DNA from: Vicinamibacterales bacterium
GTDB lineage: Bacteria; Acidobacteriota; Vicinamibacteria; Vicinamibacterales; 2-12-FULL-66-21
NCBI GenBank assembly: GCA_035637115.1
Contig: DASPXV010000108.1
Coordinates: forward strand, 6,386 to 70,385
Length of the DNA: 64,000 bases
Direction of reading: 5' to 3'
Positions 46,132 to 55,578 of this stretch are shown here, piece by piece; the stretch's first letter is position 1; every line of letters starts with the position of its first letter. The translations under genes and the position numbers were made by a program. The notes below the pieces were generated by a model, which ran no database searches, was not told where the DNA came from, and saw only the letters and a program-made list of their open reading frames with translations.

Positions 46132-47324
46132 TCGGCCGCGGTGGGCAGCCCCGATGCCTGCTGCAGGACGCGCGTCAACGCGGCGACGTGCGCATCGATC
46201 GTAAATCTTGCCGCGGCGGCGAGCGCGCCCGCGGAGAGACGTGCGTGCAGCGCCGGGTTTCCCAGAATCTGGGCGATCGCGTCCCCCATGCCATCCGAGT
46301 CTGTGGCGGGATCGATCAGCCGCCCGTTCTCGTCGTTCGTCAGCCAGTCGCGGATACCGCCGATATCGAACGCGACGGCAGGCGTGCCGAACGCGGCCGC
46401 CTCGAGCCCGACCAGTCCGAACGGCTCCGGCCATCGGCTCGGAACGGCAAGAATGGACGCGTCGCGAATCAAGCGATCGCGCTCGTCCGCAGTCACCCAC
46501 CCTGGAAACGTTGCGTTCACTCCACGCGCGACAGCAAGGTCGCGGACGTACGCAAGCTCCGGCCCTTCGCCGGCAAAGACGGTCGTGAGCGGTCGTCCGA
46601 GGCGACGACCGGCGGCCGAGACCGCGTCAACGACCGCGTCCGCACCCTTCAGATTGGTCAGCCGGCCGATGAACAGCACGTCGATCGGACGGGTTCCGCC
46701 GACCTGTGCATCGCGCGGCACTGGTGGCGCGAACAACGGGATTGCGTGCACGCTCCCCGGCGGCACGCCGGCGCGCAGATACTCGTCTCGCATGTAGCGG
46801 CTCGCCACGACGATGGCCTGGTATTCGGAAAACAGCGAACGCTGCTCGTTGCCCCACTTGTACTCGCGCATCATGCGTACCGGACTCGCATGACCGCATC
46901 GCCTCGGCAGGTAGTGGACCAGGCAGCCGGGGCCGAACGTCCTGGCGCACGCGACGATCGCCGGAAACACGAACGTCTTCTGCCCGCTGACGCACGTCCC
47001 GAAATGTCCGTGCATCATCTTCACGACCGGCCATTCGTCAATCAGGCGCGACTCGACGTCCAGCGAACGCATGTTGTGCGAGAGGCAGACATCAGGGGCG
47101 AATTCACGCACCTTGCCGATCGCGTTTTCAAGCCCGAGATCCTGGACGCCGGCATGCCACGTGCCCTCCGGGGCAATGCGTTGCGGCGCTGTTTGGCTTG
47201 CAGGATTGTCGTGCAGAACACCGATATCGTGTCCCGCGCGGTGCAGCGCGGGCAGCAGCGTCGACAGATACGTCTCGACGCCTCCTCCTCCGGTGAGCCC
47301 CTCGTTGACAAAAAGGATGCGCAT
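46128..47324 (-). CDS. glycosyltransferase family 4 (GT-B)
   Basis: MRILFVNEGLTGGGGVETY; AVPSRWPEPFGLVGLEAAAFGTPAVAFDIGG. Confidence 0.85.
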   Translation of the reverse strand: MRILFVNEGLTGGGGVETYLSTLLPALHRAGHDIGVLHDNPASQTAPQRIAPEGTWHAGVQDLGLENAIGKVREFAPDVCLSHNMRSLDVESRLIDEWPVVKMMHGHFGTCVSGQKTFVFPAIVACARTFGPGCLVHYLPRRCGHASPVRMMREYKWGNEQRSLFSEYQAIVVASRYMRDEYLRAGVPPGSVHAIPLFAPPVPRDAQVGGTRPIDVLFIGRLTNLKGADAVVDAVSAAGRRLGRPLTTVFAGEGPELAYVRDLAVARGVNATFPGWVTADERDRLIRDASILAVPSRWPEPFGLVGLEAAAFGTPAVAFDIGGIRDWLTNDENGRLIDPATDSDGMGDAIAQILGNPALHARLSAGALAAAARFTIDAHVAALTRVLQQASGLPTAAE

Positions 47325-48154
47325 CAGGCAGCCCTCATGCGAACGCAGATTCCTTCTACCGACCAGGGATCAGCGATCCCGGGCAGCGCTTCGATCACGA
47401 GCTTCTGATTTCGCAGCTCCTCCTCGATGTCCGCTCGAGTAATGCCCAATGCCGGCCAGACGGCTGGATGCAATTCAACGAAAAGCGCGAGGTCACCCCG
47501 CCGCGCGGCGATCGTGCGCCGCGCGCCGCGAAGCGCCGCGAGCTCCGTCCCCTCGATGTCGATCTTGATCACGTCCGGCGAGATGTGCGCGTCCTCGCAG
47601 AAGTCATCGATGCTCAGTGACGGAACGGAGCAGGCATGGGTCGCCTCCCCGGTCACGATCCGGTTATCGCCGTGCGTTCCCGCATCTGTGAAGCTCGCGA
47701 TGCCGCTGCGATCGCTGATCGCTTCAGAACGAACGACAACTCGGCGGGACAAGCCGTTCACATCGACATGCCGAATCAGTCCGGCGCGGCTCGCCGACGC
47801 CGGCTCGAACGCAAACACGCGTCCGGACTCACCCGCCCAGGAGGCGAACAGCAGCGTGTACGACCCGACGTTCGCGCCGATGTCGAGCACCGTTGATCCA
47901 TTGCGCACGTGTTGCTTGAGCGCAGCGTACTCTTCGAGATTCCAGGTGAGATGCCGGTATTCGGGATCGACGCGAAACGACTCGCCACCGGGAAGCCGGC
48001 AGACCAGATGATCGCCTGGCATCGCGCCGAGCAGCAGCGAATACCCGCGTTTGAGCGGCCGCCGCAGCCAACCGGGCACACGACGTGCTGATCCGGACCC
48101 GATGCGTTCGAGCCAGTTCGCGTGCCGATAGTTGCGGCCGACGCCCGTTTGCAT
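47324..48154 (-). CDS. FkbM-family methyltransferase
   Basis: VLDIGANVGSYTLLFASWAGESGRVFAFEPASAS ... IKIDIEGTELAALRGA is the FkbM family pattern. Start set at Met 48154, directly after the upstream stop. Confidence 0.8.
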   Translation of the reverse strand: MQTGVGRNYRHANWLERIGSGSARRVPGWLRRPLKRGYSLLLGAMPGDHLVCRLPGGESFRVDPEYRHLTWNLEEYAALKQHVRNGSTVLDIGANVGSYTLLFASWAGESGRVFAFEPASASRAGLIRHVDVNGLSRRVVVRSEAISDRSGIASFTDAGTHGDNRIVTGEATHACSVPSLSIDDFCEDAHISPDVIKIDIEGTELAALRGARRTIAARRGDLALFVELHPAVWPALGITRADIEEELRNQKLVIEALPGIADPWSVEGICVRMRAA

Positions 48155-48156
48155 CG

Positions 48157-49062
48157 TCACGACTGTGCGGGACCCGCTGCGCGGACGATGGCGCGCGCTA
48201 TCCCCGAGAGCGTGGCTCCCCATCCCGCGCCTGTGGCGCGGCGAGCCCACGTTCGCCTTGAACGCGGATGCTGTCCGGCTATCGTCGCATCCCAGCGTTC
48301 GTGAAACAGCAAGCCGTTACGCAGCACGCGCGCGAGGTAGGCGGCCGACGGGTTCGCACCAGTCGTCGTGCTTCCCAGGTGGTCATAGCCGCCGATCCGT
48401 TCGTAGCCGCACGTGGCGACCTTCCAGCCCGCCTCGCGAATCCTGTATGCGAGATCTGCCTCGTCCCACTCGGTCGGACGAAACGCTTCGTCCAGCGCAC
48501 CGACGCGATCGATGCAGGCGCGCCTTACGACCCATGGGCGAATGACAACGTCAACTTCCTGAAGGCGAAACCAGTTTCCCGGCCGCGGGCCGATCGTGCT
48601 CTGCAGCCGGCGCCAGTCCGTCAGATCCTCCCATCGCACGATCGGATCATCCACCGGCGTGCAGTTCAAGCCGCGGCTGAGACTTATCAGGCCGAGGTCG
48701 GAATAGGCATCGAACGTTCGCACCAGCTCGGGAACCAGCCAGCCCGCGCGCAGGAACATGTCATCCTGCCACGCCATCAACAGTCCACCGCGAGCGTGCG
48801 CCATCCCCGCGTTCGTACAGCGCAACTCGTGCGCGTCGTCCTGGTGGATCCAGCGCAGGCGCGAAGCGCCCCACGATGTCGCTGACAGTTTCTCGAGGAA
48901 CGCGGGAGTCTCGTCGCGACAGCCGTCCTCGACGACGATGATTTCAATGTCGTCGCCGCCGAAACGCTGCCAGGCATCGAGGCACTGACGGAGCACCGCT
49001 TGGTTGTTGAACGTCGGAATGACGACGCTCAGCGCCGGAACGCGTTCAGCTGCGGCGGCCAT
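48157..49062 (-). CDS. glycosyltransferase family 2 (GT-A)
   Basis: LSVVIPTFNNQAVLRQCLDAWQRF...IEIIVVEDGCRDET (DxD-type motif). Confidence 0.85.
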   Translation of the reverse strand: MAAAAERVPALSVVIPTFNNQAVLRQCLDAWQRFGGDDIEIIVVEDGCRDETPAFLEKLSATSWGASRLRWIHQDDAHELRCTNAGMAHARGGLLMAWQDDMFLRAGWLVPELVRTFDAYSDLGLISLSRGLNCTPVDDPIVRWEDLTDWRRLQSTIGPRPGNWFRLQEVDVVIRPWVVRRACIDRVGALDEAFRPTEWDEADLAYRIREAGWKVATCGYERIGGYDHLGSTTTGANPSAAYLARVLRNGLLFHERWDATIAGQHPRSRRTWARRATGAGWGATLSGIARAIVRAAGPAQS

Positions 49063-49969
49063 AGGCCTGCAGATTGAACGAGATCGGCAGCGCGGCGCCG
49101 CCAGGCAGTACGCGTGCGACGTAGTACGTCGCGAGTCGAACCATGCGATCCGCGCTGAAACCGGGGGCCTCCGGCAGTTCGGGGACAGCAGTCTGGACGG
49201 TCACGTCGCGAAAGCCAGCCTCCGACAGCGCGCGCCGCAACGATGCCGCGGAAAAGTGATTCACGTGCACGAGATTGTCCGCGAGGGTCGCGCGATATGA
49301 CCGCCGGAGGCGCGCCCGCAGGTTCTCCTTGAATCGCTGCGCATGACCGTTGGGCACTTTGACGGCGATCCAGCCGCCGGCGCAGAGCAGCGATCGCGCG
49401 CTTCTCAGCACCTCCATCGGCTGAGGCACGTGTTCGAGCACGTCCGTCAGCGTCACCGCGTCATAGCAGCGCGTCCGATTGAACGTGTGGATGTTTCCCT
49501 GGTGCACGATCGCGCCCGACGCCTGTGCAGCGTATGCCGCGGTCCTTGGATTGAGCTCCAGACCTTCGCCGTCCCAACCCTCGCGCCGCGCGAGGCGGAG
49601 GAAGCGGCCGGCGTGCGCGCCAACGTCGAGGAGCGCTCGCCCCGCCTTCGCACGCGCGCGCAATGACGCGAGGATGTCCGCGAAGATTCGATCCTTGTAC
49701 GGCGCCTCGTGCTCCCTGACGATCCAGTCGTCCGACCACCGCTGGTCGTACATCCGGTCGAAGTAATTCGGCAACGACGGCAACGCCGCCGGTTGCGTGA
49801 AGCCGCAGCCACGACATCGCTGCAACACGATGCGCGCTCCGGTGTACTCCGCGAGCTCCGGATCCTGCTTCGTGTATTCGGACAGATCGAAGATTGCTTC
49901 GTGAACCGCGTCGAACTCGCGCTCCTCGCAGACCCAGCATGCAGGAACATCGACGAAGCCGGCCGGCAT
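49046..49969 (-). CDS. class I SAM-dependent methyltransferase with N-terminal CxxC...CxxC zinc-ribbon-like element
   Basis: CWVCEE ... CRGCGF; then LLDVGAHAGRFLRLARREGWDGEGLE, DAVTLTDVLEHV. Confidence 0.8.
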   Translation of the reverse strand: MPAGFVDVPACWVCEEREFDAVHEAIFDLSEYTKQDPELAEYTGARIVLQRCRGCGFTQPAALPSLPNYFDRMYDQRWSDDWIVREHEAPYKDRIFADILASLRARAKAGRALLDVGAHAGRFLRLARREGWDGEGLELNPRTAAYAAQASGAIVHQGNIHTFNRTRCYDAVTLTDVLEHVPQPMEVLRSARSLLCAGGWIAVKVPNGHAQRFKENLRARLRRSYRATLADNLVHVNHFSAASLRRALSEAGFRDVTVQTAVPELPEAPGFSADRMVRLATYYVARVLPGGAALPISFNLQAYGRRS

Positions 49970-51207
49970 CAGAGCTGTTCCACAATGCCGGCTACTTCGA
50001 CGGCCATGTCATCCCAGGAGCGGCGCCGCAGCACCGCCCCGAACGCCTTCGCGCGCTGCCGCCATCCAGCATCATCGGAGCGCCACAACCGGAAGCGATC
50101 GACGAGATCCTTCGACGCAAGGGGAAGCGGCAAGGTCAACGGCCTCAGTTCTGGCGGGATCCGCTCGGCGACGCCTGCAATCGCCGACACGATCGCCGGG
50201 ATGCCGCGGCACAGCCCCTCGTGGACGCCAAGGCCGTAGGCTTCGTAGCGCGCAGGGTGCACGAGGACATCAGCGGCCGCGAGCAGGCGCGGCACATCGT
50301 CACGAAATCCAAGGAACGAGATTCGGCCTTCGAGCCCCTGCTCCACCGCGCGCCGTTGCCAGGAGGCGACCTCTGCGCCCGTTCCGACGACGGCGAGATC
50401 CGCGTCCCACGACGCATCGCGACAGAGCTCCTGCCATGCATCGAACAGGATGTCGAATCCCTTGCGGCGATCGCCAAGGGCGCCGATGAACATCGCCAGC
50501 GGGCGGCATACGTCGTTGTTCAGCGACGTGCGCGCTTCGCGGCGCGCGTCATTGTTCAGCGACGCGCGTGCTTCGCAGCGCGCGTCATTGTTCAGCGACG
50601 CGCGTGCTTCGCAGCGCGCGTCATTGTTCAGCGACGCGCGCGCTTCGCGGCGCGCGTCTTCGGATATCGCACCGAACTGGGCCGCATCCGTTCCGTAGTA
50701 CACGACGCGAATTTTCTCCGCGGGCACGTTGTAGTGACACCGAACGTCCTCGGCCGTGCGCTCGCTGTTGCAGATGACGGCGGGCGCACGCGCGATGGCA
50801 TCTGCCTCGCTCGCGAGAAATCGCTTTCGGCCCGCCCTCGCCGTCATGCGCGCGCGTGGTTCCGCCGTGTCCGGCGCGTAGGCGGCGTGCAGGTAGTGAA
50901 TCCACGTGGGACCGCGCCATCGCGCATTGCCGCCGTTCGAGAGCAGGCGGGCGGCAGGCCCGAGGCGGCGCGCCGTCGCCGATGCCTGGAGCGCGAGAAG
51001 CGGCCCGCCCATCAGGTGAGACCCGAGCGGTCGCGATGCGTGATGGATCGTGATGTTTCGCAGCGACGCGAGATCGGGCCACACACGGTGCGCCACCAGG
51101 TGCACGTCGCGTCCTGAAAGCGCCAGGTACCGCGCCAGCGCGTAGTTCGCGCGATCCATTCCGCCGAGCGGCGTGAAGTCGCCGGCCGCGAGCGCCCACC
51201 GCATCAT
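49969..51207 (-). CDS. glycosyltransferase family 4 (GT-B) carrying an internal 12-aa x4 tandem repeat
   Basis: Start MMRWALAAGDFTPLGGMDRANYALARYL (51207), overlapping the upstream stop. VHPARYEAYGLGVHEGLCRGIPAIVS. The upstream 318 codons of the 730-aa track ORF overlap the neighbouring Wzy-like gene and are rejected. Confidence 0.8.
   Translation of the reverse strand: MMRWALAAGDFTPLGGMDRANYALARYLALSGRDVHLVAHRVWPDLASLRNITIHHASRPLGSHLMGGPLLALQASATARRLGPAARLLSNGGNARWRGPTWIHYLHAAYAPDTAEPRARMTARAGRKRFLASEADAIARAPAVICNSERTAEDVRCHYNVPAEKIRVVYYGTDAAQFGAISEDARREARASLNNDARCEARASLNNDARCEARASLNNDARREARTSLNNDVCRPLAMFIGALGDRRKGFDILFDAWQELCRDASWDADLAVVGTGAEVASWQRRAVEQGLEGRISFLGFRDDVPRLLAAADVLVHPARYEAYGLGVHEGLCRGIPAIVSAIAGVAERIPPELRPLTLPLPLASKDLVDRFRLWRSDDAGWRQRAKAFGAVLRRRSWDDMAVEVAGIVEQL
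50512..50655. repeat. 36-bp direct tandem repeat x4 (in-frame, inside the GT4 gene)
   Basis: Units start at 50512, 50548, 50584 and 50620 (gtcattgttcagcgacgcgcgtgcttcgcagcgcgc and near-identical variants). They encode ARASLNNDAR(C/R)E x4. Confidence 0.9.
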
Positions 51208-52568
51208 GCGTCCTGCACGCCGTAGCGCCACGCAACGCCGTGAAGCGCGCCGGCGAGGAACCAGTACTGAATGCCGATCTGCGCGACGAACGGCGTGAAG
51301 CTGAGAATCGTGATCGCAGGGCCCAGGCCGGCAGCGAGCACGACCGCGGCACAGACAGCGAGGCGCGGGAACTGCGTCTCCATCGCGACGCGCCATTGCG
51401 ACCGGGTCACCGACACGAGCGCGCCGAGGTAGGCGGCCACCATGAGGACGCCGCCGTCGATCATCCACCCTGTGAACTGAATCTCCGCCCAGATTGGGGG
51501 ACTGTTTGGATTGTTGCTGCCGAAATAGTTGGCCGCCATTCCCCAGCGCGCCAGGCCGGCGCCGATGGGATACCGGAACAGCAGTTCGAAGAAGGTAAAC
51601 GACAGCTGCGTTCCGCGCGCACCCTGATAAACGGAGAACGGATCCGAGGCGAAGAGCGATGCAACGCGTTCGGTGATCGCCGTACCGCCGAGCGCAACAG
51701 CGGCCGATAGACTGACGAAGACGATGGCCCCCGCGAGGATGGAGAACTGCGACGCGCGACCCGATCGGCCCTGACGAAACGCGACCGCCGCATACGTGAG
51801 CATCATGACGACCGTGGCGACAAGGCTGACGCGGACCTGGCTCAGATAGATCGCGGAGAGCCCGGCGGCCGCAACGACGAGCGACAACAGGCGCTTCCAT
51901 ACCGGAATCGCGCTCACGGCGAACACCATGCCGAGCAGCGCCGCGAACATCGCGGGGCCGGCGACGGCGCCCGGCGTATCGAACAGTCCAGGGGGACGGA
52001 TGATGCGCACGCCGTTTGGACCGATGTACGTGACCGGACCAAGACCGGCGTCGCCAGCCGTCAGGATGCGGGAGAATTCCGCCGGAAGCCAGCGCGCGGG
52101 ATCGTAGACCTGCAGCACGCCGACGACGGCGTTGGCGCCCGAACACAACAGGAGGATCCACATGATCCGGGCGAGCTGTTCGGGAGATTTGACGAACTCG
52201 GGCGCCCAGAAGAGCGGCGCGAGCACCGCAAAGTACACGGCCATGTGCGCGAAACCGCCGACCAGTGAAGACGTCTCAGGGTGGAAAACCATCACGGCGA
52301 GCAGCGACATGATCACGGCGACCCACGGTTGCGCTCTCGATCGCGGCGCCTGCGAAACAGACTCGACGTGGTACCAGGCGAACGCCGCGAGACTGATCGC
52401 GAACGCGCTGAAGCGGATCGGCAACCGGAACGCCTGGCTGCCCGGCAGGTACAGCAGCGCGGGCAGCGCCGTCTGGCTGATGATGAAGATTTCCGCAAAG
52501 CCGAACGGCACGCGCGAGGGAACACTCGCTTCGATGTAGGCGGCCGCGCGAACTTCAGTGACCGGCAT
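51204..52568 (-). CDS. polytopic membrane protein, Wzy/O-antigen-polymerase-like
   Basis: About 10 or more hydrophobic segments and a large loop, with no soluble-enzyme motifs. Start set at MPVTEVRAAAYIE (52568). Position among GT genes supports a polymerase/ligase-like role. Confidence 0.6.
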   Translation of the reverse strand: MPVTEVRAAAYIEASVPSRVPFGFAEIFIISQTALPALLYLPGSQAFRLPIRFSAFAISLAAFAWYHVESVSQAPRSRAQPWVAVIMSLLAVMVFHPETSSLVGGFAHMAVYFAVLAPLFWAPEFVKSPEQLARIMWILLLCSGANAVVGVLQVYDPARWLPAEFSRILTAGDAGLGPVTYIGPNGVRIIRPPGLFDTPGAVAGPAMFAALLGMVFAVSAIPVWKRLLSLVVAAAGLSAIYLSQVRVSLVATVVMMLTYAAVAFRQGRSGRASQFSILAGAIVFVSLSAAVALGGTAITERVASLFASDPFSVYQGARGTQLSFTFFELLFRYPIGAGLARWGMAANYFGSNNPNSPPIWAEIQFTGWMIDGGVLMVAAYLGALVSVTRSQWRVAMETQFPRLAVCAAVVLAAGLGPAITILSFTPFVAQIGIQYWFLAGALHGVAWRYGVQDA

Positions 52569-53811
52569 GGGTCGTGACGCGCGCGCGCGCCTCCTGGTAC
52601 ACGTCGATGAACGCGCGGGTAAAGTCGTCCGGATCGAACTGCCGGATTGCGGATCGGCGACCCGCCTCGCCGAGCCTCGCGCGCAGGGCTGCATCGGATG
52701 CGAGCCGCTCGATGCACGTCGCAAGCCCCTGCGCATCGCCTGGTGCGTGCGTCAGCGCGTCGACCCCGTCGGTCACGAGCTCCGCGGCGCCTCCCGCGGC
52801 GCTGACGATGACCGCGCGCCCCGACGCGAGCCCTTCCGCGATGACAAGGCCGAACGGTTCCGGCTGCGTGCTCGCGTGCACGACGACGTCGAGGGCACGC
52901 AGCGCGGCGGCAGGTCGGTTGACGAAGCCCGTCAGTCCGACGCGGCCCGCCAGACCGGGAGAGGCGATCGTCCGTTCGAGCTCTTCACGCGCGTGCTGGC
53001 TTCCGGAGGTGTCGTAGAGCGCGCCACCGATAATGTACGCGCGACAGGGAATCGCCGGATTGATCTTCCGGATCGCTTCGAGGAACGTCATGTGTCCCTT
53101 CCAGCGTCCGTACGTCGCAACGAGCCCGACGCGCACCGTGCCGGCAGGCGCGGGCGGCAGGCCGGCGAGACGATCGAGATCGAGCGTGTCGCCAACGGGT
53201 GAGAATTCACACGTGTCGACCGCGTTATGGATCGTCGTCACCGGAACCGGTGCGTCGAGCGCTGCGGTGACTTCCGACGCGACGCTGCGGGAATTCGCGA
53301 CGAGCGCGGCGCACCGGCCGATGTAGCGGCGCAGCAGCCTTCGGCTGATCGGGCGCCGCGCGACGTATTCGTGAATGTGCCAGACGAGCGCGGCGGGCGG
53401 CCGCATAACGCGCGCGCTCAGCACGTGCACCTTGAATCCGTTGCTGTGCACGACGTCAGGAGACAGCTCGGAAAGCAGTCGCTCGAGGCGACGGCTGTAA
53501 GGCGCGAGGCTGCCCGCGGCCAGCAACAGCGACGCGCCGCGGCCGATCAGGGCCGCGGCACTCGCGCCCCGGGATTCACCCACGCGCGTCAGTCGTTCCG
53601 GCAGCGGCAGGATGTGAGCTCGCGCGCCCGACGCCTCGACCGCTCGCGGCAGCGGACCTTCGCGCGGGACGATCACGTCGAGCGGCCAGGCCGGAACGAT
53701 TCGCCGCAATCCGCGAACGAGCTCGAGCAGGCTGACTTCCGATCCCCCCATCTCGGCCGACACGCTCAGGAACGCGACCCGCAGCGGCGGCGCCGTGGCC
53801 GTGACGGTCAC
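52555..53811 (-). CDS. glycosyltransferase family 4 (GT-B)
   Basis: GTG 53811 (VTVTATAPPLRVAFLSVSAEMGGSE) overlaps the upstream stop (GTGA). VHASTQPEPFGLVIAEGLASGRAVIVSAAGG. Confidence 0.8.
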   Translation of the reverse strand: MTVTATAPPLRVAFLSVSAEMGGSEVSLLELVRGLRRIVPAWPLDVIVPREGPLPRAVEASGARAHILPLPERLTRVGESRGASAAALIGRGASLLLAAGSLAPYSRRLERLLSELSPDVVHSNGFKVHVLSARVMRPPAALVWHIHEYVARRPISRRLLRRYIGRCAALVANSRSVASEVTAALDAPVPVTTIHNAVDTCEFSPVGDTLDLDRLAGLPPAPAGTVRVGLVATYGRWKGHMTFLEAIRKINPAIPCRAYIIGGALYDTSGSQHAREELERTIASPGLAGRVGLTGFVNRPAAALRALDVVVHASTQPEPFGLVIAEGLASGRAVIVSAAGGAAELVTDGVDALTHAPGDAQGLATCIERLASDAALRARLGEAGRRSAIRQFDPDDFTRAFIDVYQEARARVTTHAGH

Positions 53812-54470
53812 TTGCGTCCCACCGCGACGATGTTGTCGGAGAAGCGACGCGGCGCCAGCCGGGCGACGGCCGAAGGATAGTGAAGGGCGCTCAACGGCAG
53901 CCGACCGTGGCAGGTGAAGGTGACGCCGGTATCGCACAGGCCGCACTCCGAGAAGATGCGGCGAAGGTCGGCTTCGAGGAGAGCGGTCACGTGCGCCGGA
54001 TATTCGCCGTCCTGGAACGCGGAGAAGCGTCCCTTGAGAAGCAGTGTGAGCAGGCTGAGCGCGCTCAACTGATTCGGCGTCGTCACGACCACCCAGCCGC
54101 CGGGCCGCACGACGCGCGTAAGCTCGCGGACAAACGCGCGCGGATTCTCGAGGTGCTCGATGACTTCGACGGCGACCGCCGCGTCCACGCTTCCGTCTGC
54201 GAGCGGCAGACGTCCGGTGTCCAAATCGATCGATCGGAAATCCACGTCGTCCGGCAGCCCTTCATAGCGGACGGCATCGAGTCCAATGCAGGATGCAAAC
54301 GTTCCCCTTAGCGCCGGCCACAACGCGCCAGAACCGCAGCCCACGTCGGCGACGATGCCGCGCGCGCCGCGCGCGGACAGCAGATCCGCGACAGTGCGAC
54401 AGATCCGATCGTCGCTGCGACCGAGACTGAGGCGGGCACGGGCCTCGATGGTGGGGGCAGGTGACATCAT
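53808..54470 (-). CDS. class I SAM-dependent methyltransferase
   Basis: IVADVGCGSGALW motif I; AAVAVEVIEHLENP; PGGWVVVTTPN. Confidence 0.8.
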   Translation of the reverse strand: MMSPAPTIEARARLSLGRSDDRICRTVADLLSARGARGIVADVGCGSGALWPALRGTFASCIGLDAVRYEGLPDDVDFRSIDLDTGRLPLADGSVDAAVAVEVIEHLENPRAFVRELTRVVRPGGWVVVTTPNQLSALSLLTLLLKGRFSAFQDGEYPAHVTALLEADLRRIFSECGLCDTGVTFTCHGRLPLSALHYPSAVARLAPRRFSDNIVAVGRK

Positions 54471-55567
54471 GCCGCGGAGCTACGCAGGCGCTGTTCGCGA
54501 ACCGCATCGCACACGTGTCGAACGGCGTCCGCGGGATCGCTGATGCGCCGCGCCCGGGCGGGTCCTTGCGAACCGAGCGCATTCCGTAATGACGAATCGT
54601 CGATGAGCCGTTGCAGCGCCGCACCGACGAGTGCAGGCGTGGACTCGCGCACGAGAACGCCGCACTGCTCGTCCACGATTTCAGTCGCACCACCCATCGC
54701 GGTAGTAATGACAGGTGTTCCAGCTGCGAGCGCCTCGACGAAGACGACGCCGAATGGTTCCGGAGCCGTGTTCGGCTGGCAGTAGATGTCAGCGGCAGCC
54801 ATCAACCGGGGAACATCGACGCGCTCTCCCAGGAAGCGGACGGCCGTTCCCGCCGCGAGACGGGACAACATCTCGGCATACGCAGCTTCCGCCGGTCGCT
54901 GAGGTCCACCCGCAATCCACACGACGATGTCGCCGCGAAGCTGGCGCGCCGCCTCGATCAGGACGCGATGCCCTTTCCACGCTTCGAGCCGCGCAGCAAT
55001 GAGAATGACGGTGGTCGCCTCGCGCGCGCCGAGTTCTTCGCGGAGAGTCCGGCGTTCAATCGTGGAGACATCCGGAGCCGCGGCAACCGCCGGATGGATT
55101 ACGTCCTTCGCTACGCCGGGCATCCATTGCGCGACGAGCGCTGCCGTATAGCCGCTGTTACAAATGAACCGGTCGGGGGGCATGCGTGCGACGCGCCGCT
55201 CGGACCATTGATCGCCGTGTGGCGCATCGTGCACCCACATCAGAAGCGGGACGCCCGCCCGGCGCGCGGCTGGCCCGGCCAGCGCACAGGACCATGGCGC
55301 GTGCGCGATCACTGCGTCATACGCGGATGCCGAGATGACTCGCCGCAGCGCGCGTCGCGCCCGCCACACCGTGTCGGGGCGCCGGAAGCGCACGTCACCG
55401 ATGACGTGAGGTGTTACGCCATAGTCACGCAGCTCGCGCGAGAGTCTCGCATCGAAGCTGAGCGCGATGTCGTGCGCGCACTCGTCGTTCGCGGCCGAGA
55501 CGATCCCGAGCAGCATCCGCTCGATGCCGCCAAAGAGATTGCCTGCCGTGACGTGAAGGATGCGCAC
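54467..55567 (-). CDS. glycosyltransferase family 4 (GT-B)
   Basis: MRILHVTAGNLFGGIERML; CQPNTAPEPFGVVFVEALAAGTPVITTAMGG. Confidence 0.85.
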   Translation of the reverse strand: MRILHVTAGNLFGGIERMLLGIVSAANDECAHDIALSFDARLSRELRDYGVTPHVIGDVRFRRPDTVWRARRALRRVISASAYDAVIAHAPWSCALAGPAARRAGVPLLMWVHDAPHGDQWSERRVARMPPDRFICNSGYTAALVAQWMPGVAKDVIHPAVAAAPDVSTIERRTLREELGAREATTVILIAARLEAWKGHRVLIEAARQLRGDIVVWIAGGPQRPAEAAYAEMLSRLAAGTAVRFLGERVDVPRLMAAADIYCQPNTAPEPFGVVFVEALAAGTPVITTAMGGATEIVDEQCGVLVRESTPALVGAALQRLIDDSSLRNALGSQGPARARRISDPADAVRHVCDAVREQRLRSSAA

Positions 55568-55578
55568 GCGTCTAGTGT

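Noticed and set aside
50512-50655. Possible CRISPR array, because of regularly spaced 36-bp repeats.
   Set aside because: The repeats are directly tandem with no spacers and lie in-frame inside a glycosyltransferase CDS. No cas genes are in the window.
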